Positions 1 through 10,922 of a stretch of DNA of 64,000 nucleotides are shown here, in pieces; within the stretch, counting starts at the first letter, position 1; the number at the start of each line of letters is the position of its first letter. Under the pieces are notes generated by a model. The model had not been told where the DNA came from. It saw only the letters and a list, made by a program, of their open reading frames with translations, and did no database searches. The DNA is from Acidobacteriota bacterium (GTDB lineage Bacteria; Acidobacteriota; UBA6911). The DNA lies in the NCBI GenBank assembly GCA_050011535.1, contig JBEKIX010000004.1:19995-83994 (forward strand), given 5' to 3'. Position numbers and translations under genes: made by a program.

Positions 1-3000
1 GCGGTCTTTGGAAGACCATGAACAACGGCACGACCTGGGAATCGGTCTTCGACCATCAGGACGTCGCGTCGATCGGCGCCGTTGCCATCCCGCAGGACAA
101 TCCCAACCTTGTTTGGGTGGGTACAGGAGAGGACAACAACCGTCAGAGTTCTTCCTGGGGCGGCGGCGTGTTCAAATCGACGGATGGAGGCCGGTCCTGG
201 CAAAACATGGGCCTGATGGAATCCCGGCATATCGGCCGCATCGTCGTTGACCCGGTGGATCACGAGGTCGTATATGTGGCGGCTACGGGCCATCTTTGGG
301 GCCCGAACAAGGAACGCGGTGTGTATAAAACCACCGATGGGGGGCTGACTTGGCAGCAATCGCTTTTCGTCGATGAGCAGACGGGCGCGACCGACCTCGC
401 CATGGATCCCTCGAACAACAAGGTGCTGTACGCGGCGATGTATCAGCGGCAACGAACCGCCTGGGGGTTTAACGGCGGCGGGCCCGGCAGCGGACTCTAC
501 AAGTCCGCCGATGCCGGAGCGACATGGACCCGGCTCAACAGTGGTCTTCCCACAGGCCCGCTGGGGCGCATCGGGATCGACATTTTCAGGAGCGATTCGA
601 AAATCGTCTGCGCGCTCATCCAGCATGAATCCGAGAGCGGACTCTATCGGTCCGTCGATGCCGGCGCGCACTGGACGAAGATGGGCACCACGAATCCTCG
701 TCCGAACTATTTCAGCCAGGTGCGCGTCGATCCAAACGACGAGCGCCGCGTTTACGTCCTTGGAGTACGGCTCATGGTTTCCGATGATGAAGGCCAGACA
801 TTCAAGGAGGTCCGGCTGTCATACTCGCGGCCCGGAGGCGAACGGCCCCGCGACGATCTCGATGTGCATGCAATGTGGATCGACCCACGGGACGCATCGC
901 ACCTCATCATCGGTTCGGATGTCGGAATTGCAGCTTCCTACGACCGCGGAGCGACCTGGGACTATCTTGACAACCTGCCCATCGGCCAGTTCTATCACGT
1001 CGGCTACGACATGGATACGCCCTATCGAGTTTACGGCGGCCTTCAGGACAACGACGTCTGGGGCGGGCCGAGCGCGGTGCGCAACCGCTTCGGCATCGGC
1101 AATCGCGAATGGTTCACCCTCTCCATCGGGGACGGGTTTGTGGCCATGGCCGATCCGCGTGACGCGCGGACTCTGTATGTGGAGACGCAGGACGGCAGCC
1201 TCGTTCGCGTCGACCGCGACACCAACGAGAAGAAGTCGATTCGCCCACAAGCCGGACGAGGCGACCCGCCTCTCCGCTGGGACTGGAACACGCCGCTGAT
1301 TATTTCTCCCCACGATCCCAATACCGTTTTGATTGCGGCGCAAAAGATCTTCCGTTCGCCCGATCGCGGCCAGTCATGGCAGGTCATCAGTCCGGACCTC
1401 ACCAGCGGCGTGGACCGGGACACCTTGCCGATAATGGGTGTGGCCGGAAGGGAAATCAGGCTTTCGAGAAACGATGGCGTTTCCGCCTATCCCGCGATCG
1501 TCGCCTTGGCCGAATCGCCGAAGAAAGCAGGAGTCTATTACGCTGGAGCGAACGACGGCACAGTCCAGGTGTCGAGGGATGGAGGCAAGACGTGGGTTAA
1601 AATGACAGGGATGTTTCCCGGCTTGCCCGCGGGGGCGGCAGCCGCCGGTATCGTCGCTTCAGCCTTTGATGAAGCGACCGCCTACGTGGCGTTCAACAAC
1701 CACCGCGCGGACGACTACTCGCCTTACATTTACATGACCTCGGATTATGGCGGTACGTGGACTTCGCTCTCGGCCTCTCTTCCTGCGGGCCAAGCCATCA
1801 ACTGTGTCACCGAAGACCCGAGAAGCAGGAATGTTCTTTACCTCGGAACGGAGTTCGGGTTGTTTTTGACGTTCGACAAGGGCCAGCACTGGGTCCATTT
1901 CAAGAGCAACCTGCCGACCGTGCCGATCGATGAAATCACGATCCATCCGCGCGAAAACGACATGCTGCTTGCTACGCATGGCCGTAGCATCTGGATTCTC
2001 GACGACATATCCCCCCTGCAACAGGCTGCCGAAGCGGCCATGAGCGAGGCGTTCTTGTTCAGAGTCCGCGATGCGTTTCAATTCAGCCCGTCGGACGATC
2101 ATGCCAACTATCCTGGCGACCGGCGCTTCTGGGGGCGAAATCCGGAATTCGGCGCGCCGGTTTCCTACTACTTGAAGGACGTGCCCAAGGATATTCGCAT
2201 CACGATTCGCGATGGACACGGTGCGATCGTGCGCGAAATGTCAGTAGACGACTTGTTGAACTATCGCAGTGCAGGCCTTAACCGTTTTTATTGGGACCTA
2301 CGCCACCAGCCTTTGGAATCCGGTCGCGGCGGCAGGGGAGGAGTGGGCGGCGGTGGCTTTGGCGGCGGCGGATCTTTCGGTCCGTTTGTTCTGCCCGGAG
2401 CATACAAAATATCCTTAACCGTCAACGGGCGGGACGTGGGTTCACGCTCGATGAGGGTATCGAGCGATCCTCAGGTCCAGATCAGTGATGCGGATCGCAA
2501 GCTGCAACATGATACTGCACTTGCGCTCCACGATTATCAGCATGCGTTCAATGACGCCTCGGCTGCTCTCAGCTCCGTCAATGACCAGCTGCGCGCGGCG
2601 CAAGATCTGCTGAAACAAGCGGCCAATGCACCTGCTGCCGCTGTAGCGGCTGCTGATTCGCTCGCAAAAAGGCTTGCTGTAATCACCCAACAACTCGGAG
2701 CGGGCGCACAGGCAGGGGGAGGAGGAGGCAGAGGAGGTGGACCGGGCGGCGGGGCACAACCGATTCGCAACCAGATCCCCGGCATCAAGAGTCAGATTAT
2801 GGCATCTACTTCGGCGCCAACGCTGCTTCAGATGCAGGTGGCAAGAGAGAGCCGCGAGCTGCTCGTCAAGTTGATCCCGGATCTTAACAACGCCGCCGCG
2901 GCAGCGCTCCCCGAGCTATTTAAGATCTTATCGGATAACAAGATGAATCCGCCACCGCTGAAGCCTATTCCACCGGTCAAGGTAACGGGGATTCTCCGAT

Positions 3001-3002
3001 AG
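1..3002 (+). CDS. BNR/Asp-box repeat, sortilin/VPS10-like (GH74-like fold) secreted protein; 5' end runs off the window
   Basis: The frame is open from the window edge. It carries multiple SxDxGxTW Asp-box motifs (TDGGRSW, TDGGLTW, ADAGATW, VDAGAHW, SDYGGTW, SRDGGKTW). The C-terminal part has two Gly-rich low-complexity tracts and an Ala/Gln-rich helical tail. Confidence 0.7.
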   Translation, partial: GLWKTMNNGTTWESVFDHQDVASIGAVAIPQDNPNLVWVGTGEDNNRQSSSWGGGVFKSTDGGRSWQNMGLMESRHIGRIVVDPVDHEVVYVAATGHLWGPNKERGVYKTTDGGLTWQQSLFVDEQTGATDLAMDPSNNKVLYAAMYQRQRTAWGFNGGGPGSGLYKSADAGATWTRLNSGLPTGPLGRIGIDIFRSDSKIVCALIQHESESGLYRSVDAGAHWTKMGTTNPRPNYFSQVRVDPNDERRVYVLGVRLMVSDDEGQTFKEVRLSYSRPGGERPRDDLDVHAMWIDPRDASHLIIGSDVGIAASYDRGATWDYLDNLPIGQFYHVGYDMDTPYRVYGGLQDNDVWGGPSAVRNRFGIGNREWFTLSIGDGFVAMADPRDARTLYVETQDGSLVRVDRDTNEKKSIRPQAGRGDPPLRWDWNTPLIISPHDPNTVLIAAQKIFRSPDRGQSWQVISPDLTSGVDRDTLPIMGVAGREIRLSRNDGVSAYPAIVALAESPKKAGVYYAGANDGTVQVSRDGGKTWVKMTGMFPGLPAGAAAAGIVASAFDEATAYVAFNNHRADDYSPYIYMTSDYGGTWTSLSASLPAGQAINCVTEDPRSRNVLYLGTEFGLFLTFDKGQHWVHFKSNLPTVPIDEITIHPRENDMLLATHGRSIWILDDISPLQQAAEAAMSEAFLFRVRDAFQFSPSDDHANYPGDRRFWGRNPEFGAPVSYYLKDVPKDIRITIRDGHGAIVREMSVDDLLNYRSAGLNRFYWDLRHQPLESGRGGRGGVGGGGFGGGGSFGPFVLPGAYKISLTVNGRDVGSRSMRVSSDPQVQISDADRKLQHDTALALHDYQHAFNDASAALSSVNDQLRAAQDLLKQAANAPAAAVAAADSLAKRLAVITQQLGAGAQAGGGGGRGGGPGGGAQPIRNQIPGIKSQIMASTSAPTLLQMQVARESRELLVKLIPDLNNAAAAALPELFKILSDNKMNPPPLKPIPPVKVTGILR

Positions 3003-3329
3003 AATGCGGCTTGCTACAAAAGAACAAAACAAGGCGAGTGCCCAGGCGTATCTAAAGGAATAGGATCAGTGTTCCAAAGTGTAGAGGTATGTCCTAGACA
3101 GGAGTCAGTTTAAGGCATACCGTATGACATTATAATGGATGAATGGATCTCATATTAGTTTAACCTAACAAACTATCCTGAGGGTAATGGCTGTCCTCGG
3201 CAGACATATAGTCCGCATAGCATATACAATTGTTTAAAATATAAGAACATAGGCCCGATCTGGAAAAGTGATCAGCTTTGGATAAAACACTCAATTATTA
3301 AGGCACTGCAAGGAGGTTGACATTTGGGA
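3003..3329. promoter_or_regulatory. AT-rich (~35-40% GC) intergenic leader upstream of the RND efflux operon; AGGAGG Shine-Dalgarno ~13 nt before the ATG at 3330
   Basis: A sharp GC drop relative to the flanking ~65% GC coding DNA. No convincing ORF. The RBS is visible at about 3311-3316. Confidence 0.45.
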
Positions 3330-4586
3330 ATGAATTCATCGACAGTAACCAGAACGATCCGCGCCTCGAGGTGGACACTGCTTGCAGCCCTTTGCATCCT
3401 AATATCCTGTCTGCTTCTGCAAGCCTGTGCGAACAAAGCCTCACCAGCTCCCTCTGCCAAGAAAGGCGAAGGAGGCGGCGCGGTGCCGGTTACCGTAACC
3501 AGGGTCCAGCAAAAGGACGTGCCGATCGAGGTGCAGGTGGTTGGGAACGTCGAGGCATATGTAACCGTAAGTGTGAAGGCACAGGTGGCAGGTCAGCTGA
3601 CGGAGGTCTTTTTTAAAGAAGGGGCTTTCGTGAAAAAGGGAGATAAACTTTTCACGATTGATCCGAGCGTGTACGATGCGCAGCTGAACCAAGCCAAGGC
3701 GAATCTTGCCAAGGACGAAGCGCAACTGGGACTTTCGCAGGCCAATCTCACGCGTGACGAGGCGCAGGAGAAGTATGCTCAATCCGAGGCCAAGCGATAT
3801 GAGGAGATGTTGGAGAAGGGCCTCGTGTCGCGGGAACAGGCGGAACAGTATCGCACTAATGCCGACGCTGTTTCTGCGGCGGCTAGCGCCGACAGGGCTG
3901 CCATTCAGAGCGCCGAAGCCACCGTCAAGGCCACCGAAGCGGCGTTGGAGAATGCCAAGCTGATGCTTGGGTACACGACGATTCCTTCTCCGCTCGACGG
4001 CCGCACGGGAAACGTTAGCGTCAAGCAGGGGAATGTCATCAGCGCCAACACTACCGAACTCCTCACGATCACACAGGTGGAGCCGATCTACGTAACTTTT
4101 TCGGTTCCGGAAACTCAACTCGGCACGATCAAGTTGGGTCAGATGGTGACGGCGGTCCCACAGGACTCTTCGTCCCCCCCGGAGGTAGGCACGCTGACAT
4201 TCACGGACAACGCGGTCGACCAGACAACCGGGACCATCCGCCTGAAAGGAACGTTTCCAAATAGTGACCATAACCTGTGGCCGGGCGAGTTTGTGCGGGT
4301 CACCTTGAGGCTGGCGATGGAAAAGGACGCGCTCGTTGTGCCGAATGAAGCGGTGCAGACGGGGCAGGACGGATCGTATGTCTTTGTGGTGAAGCAGGAT
4401 CGGACAGTGGAATCGAGGCCGGTCGTCACTGGCGCGAGAGTCAATCAGGACTTAGTGATCGAAAAAGGTCTGCAAGCAGGAGAGGTTGTTGTCACCGAAG
4501 GACAGCTCCGGCTGGCGCCGGGAAGCCGCGTGCAGATGGGCGGCGGATCCGGCAACTCCCCCAGAGGTAATCGAGGGGCACGGTAA
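3330..4586 (+). CDS. RND efflux periplasmic adaptor (membrane fusion protein, HlyD/AcrA/MdtA family), lipoprotein
   Basis: Signal peptide with a lipobox (LLQAC) is present. The architecture is biotin-lipoyl-like, coiled-coil hairpin and beta-barrel, typical of MFPs. It sits immediately upstream of two RND permeases. The ORF-track start at 3324 is a TTG, and the ATG is at 3330. Confidence 0.85.
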   Translation: MNSSTVTRTIRASRWTLLAALCILISCLLLQACANKASPAPSAKKGEGGGAVPVTVTRVQQKDVPIEVQVVGNVEAYVTVSVKAQVAGQLTEVFFKEGAFVKKGDKLFTIDPSVYDAQLNQAKANLAKDEAQLGLSQANLTRDEAQEKYAQSEAKRYEEMLEKGLVSREQAEQYRTNADAVSAAASADRAAIQSAEATVKATEAALENAKLMLGYTTIPSPLDGRTGNVSVKQGNVISANTTELLTITQVEPIYVTFSVPETQLGTIKLGQMVTAVPQDSSSPPEVGTLTFTDNAVDQTTGTIRLKGTFPNSDHNLWPGEFVRVTLRLAMEKDALVVPNEAVQTGQDGSYVFVVKQDRTVESRPVVTGARVNQDLVIEKGLQAGEVVVTEGQLRLAPGSRVQMGGGSGNSPRGNRGAR

Positions 4587-4597
4587 GGTAGTTCGCA

Positions 4598-7500
4598 TTG
4601 AATATTTCAGAAGTTTTCATTCGGCGGCCCATCGCCACAAGCCTGCTCATGCTGGCGATTGCGCTGTTTGGCGTGCTCGCGTACCGCGCACTCCCGGTCA
4701 GCGATATGCCGAATGTCGATTACCCCACCCTGAGCGTAAGCGCCGGTTTGTCCGGCGGCAATCCCGACACCATGGCCTCGGCGGTTGCAACCCCGCTCGA
4801 GCGACAATTCACTACGATTGCCGGCATCGATTCCATGATCTCGTCGAACTCCCAGAGTTCGTCGCAGATAACTCTCCAGTTCGACCTGAATCGCAACATT
4901 GATGGCGCTGCCGTGGATGTCGAGACGGCAATCAGCGAGGCGATGCCGCTGCTTCCGGCGGGAATGCCCGCGCCGCCATCTTTCCGCAAGAGCAATCCGG
5001 CCAGTTCCCCGATCCTGGTTCTTGCTTTAACCTCGCCGACACTGCCGCTTTGGGTGCTGGACGACTACGCGGAGATTACGATCGCGCAGTCGATTTCGAT
5101 GGTGAACGGCGTTGCTGAAGTAACCATCCAGGGCGCTCAGAAATACGCCGTGCGCGCCCAAGTGGATCCCGAAAAGCTGAACGCCAAGGACATCGGGATC
5201 GATGAAGTGGACGCAGCGCTCCGGAGCTGGAACGTCAACATCCCGACCGGCACGCTCTATGGACCACATGAAGCCTACAACATCAGGGCCACGGGCCAGC
5301 TGATGGACGCTGCGGCCTTTCGGCCGATGGTAATCACGTATCGAAACGGCAGACCGGTACGGCTCGAGGATGTCGCGAACGTCATCGACAGCGTGGAAAA
5401 CAACAAGAACGCCTCCTGGTTTGTCACCAAGCAGGACAGCCCACGAGCGATTAGCCTGATGGTGATGAGACAGCCGGGAAGCAACGTAATCGAAGTCACC
5501 GATGCGGTCAAAAAGCTGCTGCCCTCGTTCCAGACGCAGCTGCCTCCAGCCGTGAAACTGTTTGTTCGCGGCGACCTTTCCAAGAACATACGGCAGGCCT
5601 TTGGCGACATCAAGATGACGATGGCCGTCACCCTAGGCCTCGTGATTCTGGTGATCTTCCTCTTCCTGCGCAACGCGTCCGCCACCATGATTCCCAGCAT
5701 GGCCTTACCCCTGTCTATTCTGGGCACGTTCTCCGTGATGTACCTGCTGGACTTCACACTGGACAACATGTCCATGATGGCGTTGATCCTGTGCATTGGG
5801 TTTGTGGTGGACGACGCGATCGTCATGCTGGAGAACATCGTCCGCCATATGGAGAAGGGTGAAAAACCCCTGCAGGCGGCGCTGAACGGCTCTAAGGAAA
5901 TCGGGTTCACGATCGTATCCATGACCCTTTCGCTGGCGGCCGTCTTTATCCCCGTCCTATTCATGAGCGGAATCCTGGGCCGGCTGTTCCGCGAGTTTGC
6001 CGTGACGATCACCGTAGCAATCCTGGCTTCCGGAATCGTTTCCATCACACTGACGCCGATGCTGTGCAGCCGCTTCCTGCGCCCGCCTGACGAGGCACGG
6101 CAGCATAAGCGCGGGTTGTATCACTTCATGTTCCACGCTTATGACGTCAGCCTCAACTGGGTTCTCAGGCATCGTCCCGTCATGATAGGGGTTTTTGGTG
6201 CCGTTCTTGCGCTTACTGCGTATCTCTTCTACATCGTGCCCAAAGGGTTCATTCCGGACACCGACAACGATCAACTGTCTGCCACGACCGAGGCCGCCCA
6301 AGGGACGTCCTACTATCAAATGGTGCAATATCAGCAAAAGGTCACGGACATTCTGCGCCAGGATCCTGATATCGAGTCGATGATTTCAAGCGTCAGCAAT
6401 TCCAACACGGCCCGCATCCAGATTCAGTTGAGGCCCAGGCGTGAGCGTGTTGCCACAGTCAACCAGATCGCTGAGAGGCTGCGGCCGAAGGTAAGCCGGT
6501 TGGTAGGAATTCGGGTTTTTCTCACGGTGCCCGCCGCGATCCGGATTGGCGGCCGCCAATCGAAAAGTTCCTACGACTTTACCGTACAGGGTCCGGACAC
6601 GGACGTGCTGTACCGCGAGTCGGCAAAGCTCGAGCAGGAAATTGCCCGACTGCCGATGCTGCAGGACGTCACGACGGACCTGCAGATCAAGACTCCGCGA
6701 GTGAACGTGGAGTTCGACCGCGATAAGGCCGCTGCCCTACACCTCAACGCCTCTCAGGTCGAAAACGCGATGTATGATGCTTTCGGACCGCAATGGTCGT
6801 CCACCATTTACGGGCCCACCAGTCAATACCGCGTGCTGCTGGAGATGCTGCCGAAATTCCAAGAACATGAGGATTATCTATCACTGCTCCAATTCAAGAC
6901 CTCGGACGGCCATCTCGTTCCTCTGAGCACTTTTGCTCACATGAGAAATGACGCGGGACCCCAAACCATCAACCACTCTGGACAGCTTCCTTCGGTCACG
7001 ATTTCCTTCAACCTCAGGCCGGGTGTGTCGCTCGGAGAGGCCACATCTCAGATCCAGGACGTCGCAAACCGCACGCTCCCAGACAATATGACGACCAGCT
7101 TCCAGGGGACGGCCAAGACCTTTCTGGACTCGCTGAACAATCTAGGTCTCCTCCTGGTGATCGCAATCATGGTGGTGTACATCGTTCTCGGCATGCTCTA
7201 CGAAAGCTACGTGCATCCGATAACAATTCTGTCCGGCTTGCCGTCGGCGGGATTCGGCGCCCTCCTGACCTTGCTCGTGTTTCACGTGGATTTGAATATT
7301 TACGCGTTTGTGGGCCTGATCATGCTGATCGGCATCGTGAAGAAGAACGCGATCATGCAGATCGACTTCGCATTGGAGGCGGAACGCAAGGAAGGCAAGA
7401 GTCCGACGGAGGCGATTTATGAGGGTTGCCTGATCCGTTTCCGACCAATCATGATGACCACCGCAGCAGCTCTGCTCGGGGGGATACCCATATCCCTTGG

Positions 7501-7684
7501 GTGGGGAGCCGGCGGCGAAGCGCGGCGGCCGTTGGGGCTCACGGTCGTGGGTGGTTTGTTGTTTTCACAATTGATCACGCTTTATCTCACTCCAGTTGTT
7601 TACACCTACATGGCGAAGATTCTGGAGATCTCGAAGAAACGGAAACGACAAGTGCCATTGCCCGCAGCTGCTGCGGCAAGGTAA
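4598..7684 (+). CDS. RND multidrug efflux permease (HAE1 family, AcrB/MdtB-like)
   Basis: 1028 aa with 12 predicted TM segments and large periplasmic loops. The N-terminus MNISEVFIRRPIATSLLMLAIALFG is typical of AcrB/MdtB. It lies 11 nt after the MFP stop. Confidence 0.9.
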   Translation: MNISEVFIRRPIATSLLMLAIALFGVLAYRALPVSDMPNVDYPTLSVSAGLSGGNPDTMASAVATPLERQFTTIAGIDSMISSNSQSSSQITLQFDLNRNIDGAAVDVETAISEAMPLLPAGMPAPPSFRKSNPASSPILVLALTSPTLPLWVLDDYAEITIAQSISMVNGVAEVTIQGAQKYAVRAQVDPEKLNAKDIGIDEVDAALRSWNVNIPTGTLYGPHEAYNIRATGQLMDAAAFRPMVITYRNGRPVRLEDVANVIDSVENNKNASWFVTKQDSPRAISLMVMRQPGSNVIEVTDAVKKLLPSFQTQLPPAVKLFVRGDLSKNIRQAFGDIKMTMAVTLGLVILVIFLFLRNASATMIPSMALPLSILGTFSVMYLLDFTLDNMSMMALILCIGFVVDDAIVMLENIVRHMEKGEKPLQAALNGSKEIGFTIVSMTLSLAAVFIPVLFMSGILGRLFREFAVTITVAILASGIVSITLTPMLCSRFLRPPDEARQHKRGLYHFMFHAYDVSLNWVLRHRPVMIGVFGAVLALTAYLFYIVPKGFIPDTDNDQLSATTEAAQGTSYYQMVQYQQKVTDILRQDPDIESMISSVSNSNTARIQIQLRPRRERVATVNQIAERLRPKVSRLVGIRVFLTVPAAIRIGGRQSKSSYDFTVQGPDTDVLYRESAKLEQEIARLPMLQDVTTDLQIKTPRVNVEFDRDKAAALHLNASQVENAMYDAFGPQWSSTIYGPTSQYRVLLEMLPKFQEHEDYLSLLQFKTSDGHLVPLSTFAHMRNDAGPQTINHSGQLPSVTISFNLRPGVSLGEATSQIQDVANRTLPDNMTTSFQGTAKTFLDSLNNLGLLLVIAIMVVYIVLGMLYESYVHPITILSGLPSAGFGALLTLLVFHVDLNIYAFVGLIMLIGIVKKNAIMQIDFALEAERKEGKSPTEAIYEGCLIRFRPIMMTTAAALLGGIPISLGWGAGGEARRPLGLTVVGGLLFSQLITLYLTPVVYTYMAKILEISKKRKRQVPLPAAAAAR

Positions 7685-7705
7685 GGCTAGCTGAGGTGTC
7701 GAGAA

Positions 7706-10700
7706 ATGAATATTTCCCAGGGGTTCATCGAGCGCCCGATTGCCACGAGCCTGCTCATGCTGGCGATCGCGCTCTTTGGGATGGTGGCATATCGGTCGCT
7801 GGCCGTGAGCGATCTTCCTAATGTAGATCTTCCCACGCTTCTCGTGACGGCAAGCCTTCCGGGGGCGGGCCCCGAGACCATGGCCGCCGCGGTTGCCACC
7901 CCTTTGGAGAATCAATTCTCGATGATCGCGGGGCTGAATGCGATGACGTCCACGAATTCGCTCGGCTCCACGCAGATCACGCTCGAATTCGATCTGAGCC
8001 GCAACCTGGATGGCGCCGCTGTGGATGTGCAGGCTGCCATCACACAGGCCGGGCGTCTGCTGCCTCAAGGGATGCCGGCGCCGCCGACTTTCACCAAGGT
8101 CAACCCTGCGGATCAGCCGATCCTCTACCTGACCCTGACTTCGCCGACGCTGCCGCTCTATACGCTTGATGAATACGCCGAAACACGGGTTGCCCAGCGC
8201 ATATCCCAGATCAGCGGCGTCGCGCAGGTGCAGGTTCTTGGCGCCCAGAAATATGCTGTTCATGTACAGATGGATCCTCACGCGCTGGCTGCCAAACAGA
8301 TCGGAATCGATGAAATCGAAACCGCGCTCAAGAGCTGGAACGTAAATGTGCCGACAGGCTCCATCATCGGGCCGCAGCGCGCGTTCACGCTCCAGGCGAG
8401 TGGCCAGCTCATGAACGCCGAGGCCTACCGGCCTCTGGTGGTCAGCTACCGCAAAGGCGCACCGGTGCATTTGGAAGATCTAGGTTACGTGATCGACAGC
8501 GTTGAGGACGACAAGACCGCGTCGTGGTACTACAAGTCAGGAGGGAGCCTGCGGGCGATTGTTCTGGGCATTCAACGTCAGCCGGGGACCAACACGATCG
8601 AAGTCACCGACGGCATCAAAAAGCTTCTGCCGACGTTTAAAGCGGAATTGCCGCCGTCGGTCACGATGGACATTCTTTATGACCGGTCCGACACAATCCG
8701 CGCGTCCTATCACGATGTCCAGTTTACGATGGCCCTGACGCTCGGCCTGGTTGTGATGGTGATCTTTCTTTTCCTGCGCAACGTCTCCGCAACGACCATC
8801 CCGAGCCTGGCACTGCCATTTTCCATCATCGGCACCTTTGCCGTCATGTATCTGCTGAATTACAGCCTGGACAATCTGTCGATGATGGCCTTGATCTTGT
8901 CGGTCGGGTTCGTCGTGGATGACGCGATCGTCATGCTAGAAAACATCTTCCGGCACATGGAAATGGGTGAGAGCGCTCTTCATGCGGCTTTGGAAGGATC
9001 CAGGGAGATAGGATTTACCATCGTATCCATGACTCTTTCCCTGGCGGCCGTATTCATTCCCGTGCTGTTCCTCGGAGGGGTTCTTGGGCGCCTGTTCAAA
9101 GAATTCGCGGTCACCATTTGTGTGGCCATCCTGATCTCCGGAGTCGTCTCCGTCACACTCACCCCGATGCTCTGCAGCCGGTTTCTGCGCCCTGCGCAAG
9201 AGCAGAGAAAGTCCTGGTTCTATCGCACAACTGAGCGCTTCTTCGACGGCATGCTCCACCTGTACGATGCCAGTTTGCAGGGCGTTCTCCGCCATCGGAT
9301 GGCGACGATGGTCTTTTTTGTCGCGGTCCTTGGGGCCACCGCCTATATGTTCGTCAAGATCCCCAAAGGATTTATTCCGGACCAGGACACGGATCAGCTT
9401 GCCGTGACCACGGAAGCAGGGCAGGGCACTTCATACTATGAGATGGTGGATTACCAGAAACAGATTGCGGAGATAGTCAGCGCGGATCCCAACGTGGACT
9501 CACTTGTGTCGAGCGTGGGCGGGAATTCTGCGTCCACACTTGGCGGGCCCAATTTCGGCCAGCTCGTCGTGCATCTCAAGCCTCGCTCGGAGCGCGCACT
9601 CAACGTGAACGAGATCATCGAGGAAATGCGTCCCAAATTCGAAAATCTCGCAGGGATGAAAGTCTATCTTCAAAATCCGCCCACCATCCGGATCGGAGGC
9701 CAGGTAACCAAGAGCCTCTACCAGTACACGCTGGAGTCACCGGACAAGCCGCTGCTGTATCAATCGGCCGAGGATCTCGAGCACGCTGTCGCGCAAATTC
9801 CGGGACTGATGGATGTCACCAGCAACCTTGCGATCAACAACCCTCAGGTAAACGTGGCGATCAACCGCGAAAAAGCCGCGGCGCTGCAGGTGAGTGCTGA
9901 CACGATTGAGAACGCGTTATACGATGCTTACGGGCCGCGCTGGGTGTCCACGATTTATGCAGCGACCAACGAGTACAAGGTCCTTCTTGAACTCGAGCCG
10001 CGGTATCAACAGGACCCGAAGGCATTATCAATGTTATATCTCAAATCTGGGCCGGGCGCCCTGGTTCCCATGGACACTCTTGCCAGGATAATCAGTGAGA
10101 TGGGACCGCAGACCATCAACCACTATGGGCAGTTGCCCGCCGTCACGATTTCCTTCAACCTCCAGCCTGGCGCCTCCCTCAGCGCGGCGGTTAGCCAGAT
10201 TCAGGGCGTTTCCGACAAAATCTTGCCGCCCACCATCAGTGCGACTTTCCAGGGTGCGGCCAAGTCGTTTCAGAGTTCAATGTCGAATCTGGTGCTGCTT
10301 CTGGTTGTGGCGATCATGGTTGTATACATAGTTCTCGGGATCCTCTACGAGAGTTACATCCATCCTCTGACGATTCTTTCCGGATTGCCGTCTGCGGGCT
10401 TGGGCGCGCTGGTGACCTTGTTTCTGTTCCACCTGGACCTCAACATCTATGCTTTCGTCGGCCTGATCATGCTGATCGGCATCGTCGAGAAAAACGCGAT
10501 TATGCAGATCGATTTTGCCTTGGACGCGGAACGACGGAAAGGTCTGCCGCCCCTCGAAGCCATCTACCAGGGTTGCCTCATCCGTTTTCGTCCGATCATG
10601 ATGACGACTATGTCGGCGCTTCTCGGCGCGGTTCCGATTGCGGTGGGGTACGGTGCCGGAGGCGAAGCGCGGCAACCTCTCGGACTCGCGGTTGTCGGCG

Positions 10701-10828
10701 GCCTTCTATTTTCTCAACTTGTAACTCTCTATCTTACCCCCGTGGTCTACACATACATGGCGGCTGCGCAACAGCGGTTCGGAACACACACGGCAAAAAA
10801 GCTCGAACCTTCTCCATCGGCAGCGTGA
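7706..10828 (+). CDS. Second RND efflux permease, tandem paralog (MdtC-like)
   Basis: 1040 aa. It is collinear with the upstream permease and about 55-60% identical to it by eye (MNISQGFIERPIATSLLMLAIALFG). MFP plus two permeases is the MdtABC heteromultimer architecture. Confidence 0.9.
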   Translation: MNISQGFIERPIATSLLMLAIALFGMVAYRSLAVSDLPNVDLPTLLVTASLPGAGPETMAAAVATPLENQFSMIAGLNAMTSTNSLGSTQITLEFDLSRNLDGAAVDVQAAITQAGRLLPQGMPAPPTFTKVNPADQPILYLTLTSPTLPLYTLDEYAETRVAQRISQISGVAQVQVLGAQKYAVHVQMDPHALAAKQIGIDEIETALKSWNVNVPTGSIIGPQRAFTLQASGQLMNAEAYRPLVVSYRKGAPVHLEDLGYVIDSVEDDKTASWYYKSGGSLRAIVLGIQRQPGTNTIEVTDGIKKLLPTFKAELPPSVTMDILYDRSDTIRASYHDVQFTMALTLGLVVMVIFLFLRNVSATTIPSLALPFSIIGTFAVMYLLNYSLDNLSMMALILSVGFVVDDAIVMLENIFRHMEMGESALHAALEGSREIGFTIVSMTLSLAAVFIPVLFLGGVLGRLFKEFAVTICVAILISGVVSVTLTPMLCSRFLRPAQEQRKSWFYRTTERFFDGMLHLYDASLQGVLRHRMATMVFFVAVLGATAYMFVKIPKGFIPDQDTDQLAVTTEAGQGTSYYEMVDYQKQIAEIVSADPNVDSLVSSVGGNSASTLGGPNFGQLVVHLKPRSERALNVNEIIEEMRPKFENLAGMKVYLQNPPTIRIGGQVTKSLYQYTLESPDKPLLYQSAEDLEHAVAQIPGLMDVTSNLAINNPQVNVAINREKAAALQVSADTIENALYDAYGPRWVSTIYAATNEYKVLLELEPRYQQDPKALSMLYLKSGPGALVPMDTLARIISEMGPQTINHYGQLPAVTISFNLQPGASLSAAVSQIQGVSDKILPPTISATFQGAAKSFQSSMSNLVLLLVVAIMVVYIVLGILYESYIHPLTILSGLPSAGLGALVTLFLFHLDLNIYAFVGLIMLIGIVEKNAIMQIDFALDAERRKGLPPLEAIYQGCLIRFRPIMMTTMSALLGAVPIAVGYGAGGEARQPLGLAVVGGLLFSQLVTLYLTPVVYTYMAAAQQRFGTHTAKKLEPSPSAA

Positions 10829-10922
10829 ACATCGCAGGAGACCCCGGCGGCGCAATTTCATCTATACGCCGCTTGACCTGAGGCTCTAACCTGCTATTCT
10901 GCCGGTATCTCGGAGGTTCATT

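Noticed and set aside
3324-3329. ORF-track start of the MFP at 3324
   Set aside because: The codon at 3324 is TTG in poor RBS context. The ATG at 3330, with AGGAGG about 13 nt upstream, is the likelier start.
5275-6048. 257-aa ORF antisense to the first RND permease, and similar long antisense ORFs (7565-8470, 24478-25173, 27305-28498, 50088-51506, 51507-52928)
   Set aside because: They lie entirely inside well-supported genes on the opposite strand. Their compositions are Arg/Pro/Ser-biased, typical of spurious reverse-frame ORFs in high-GC DNA.
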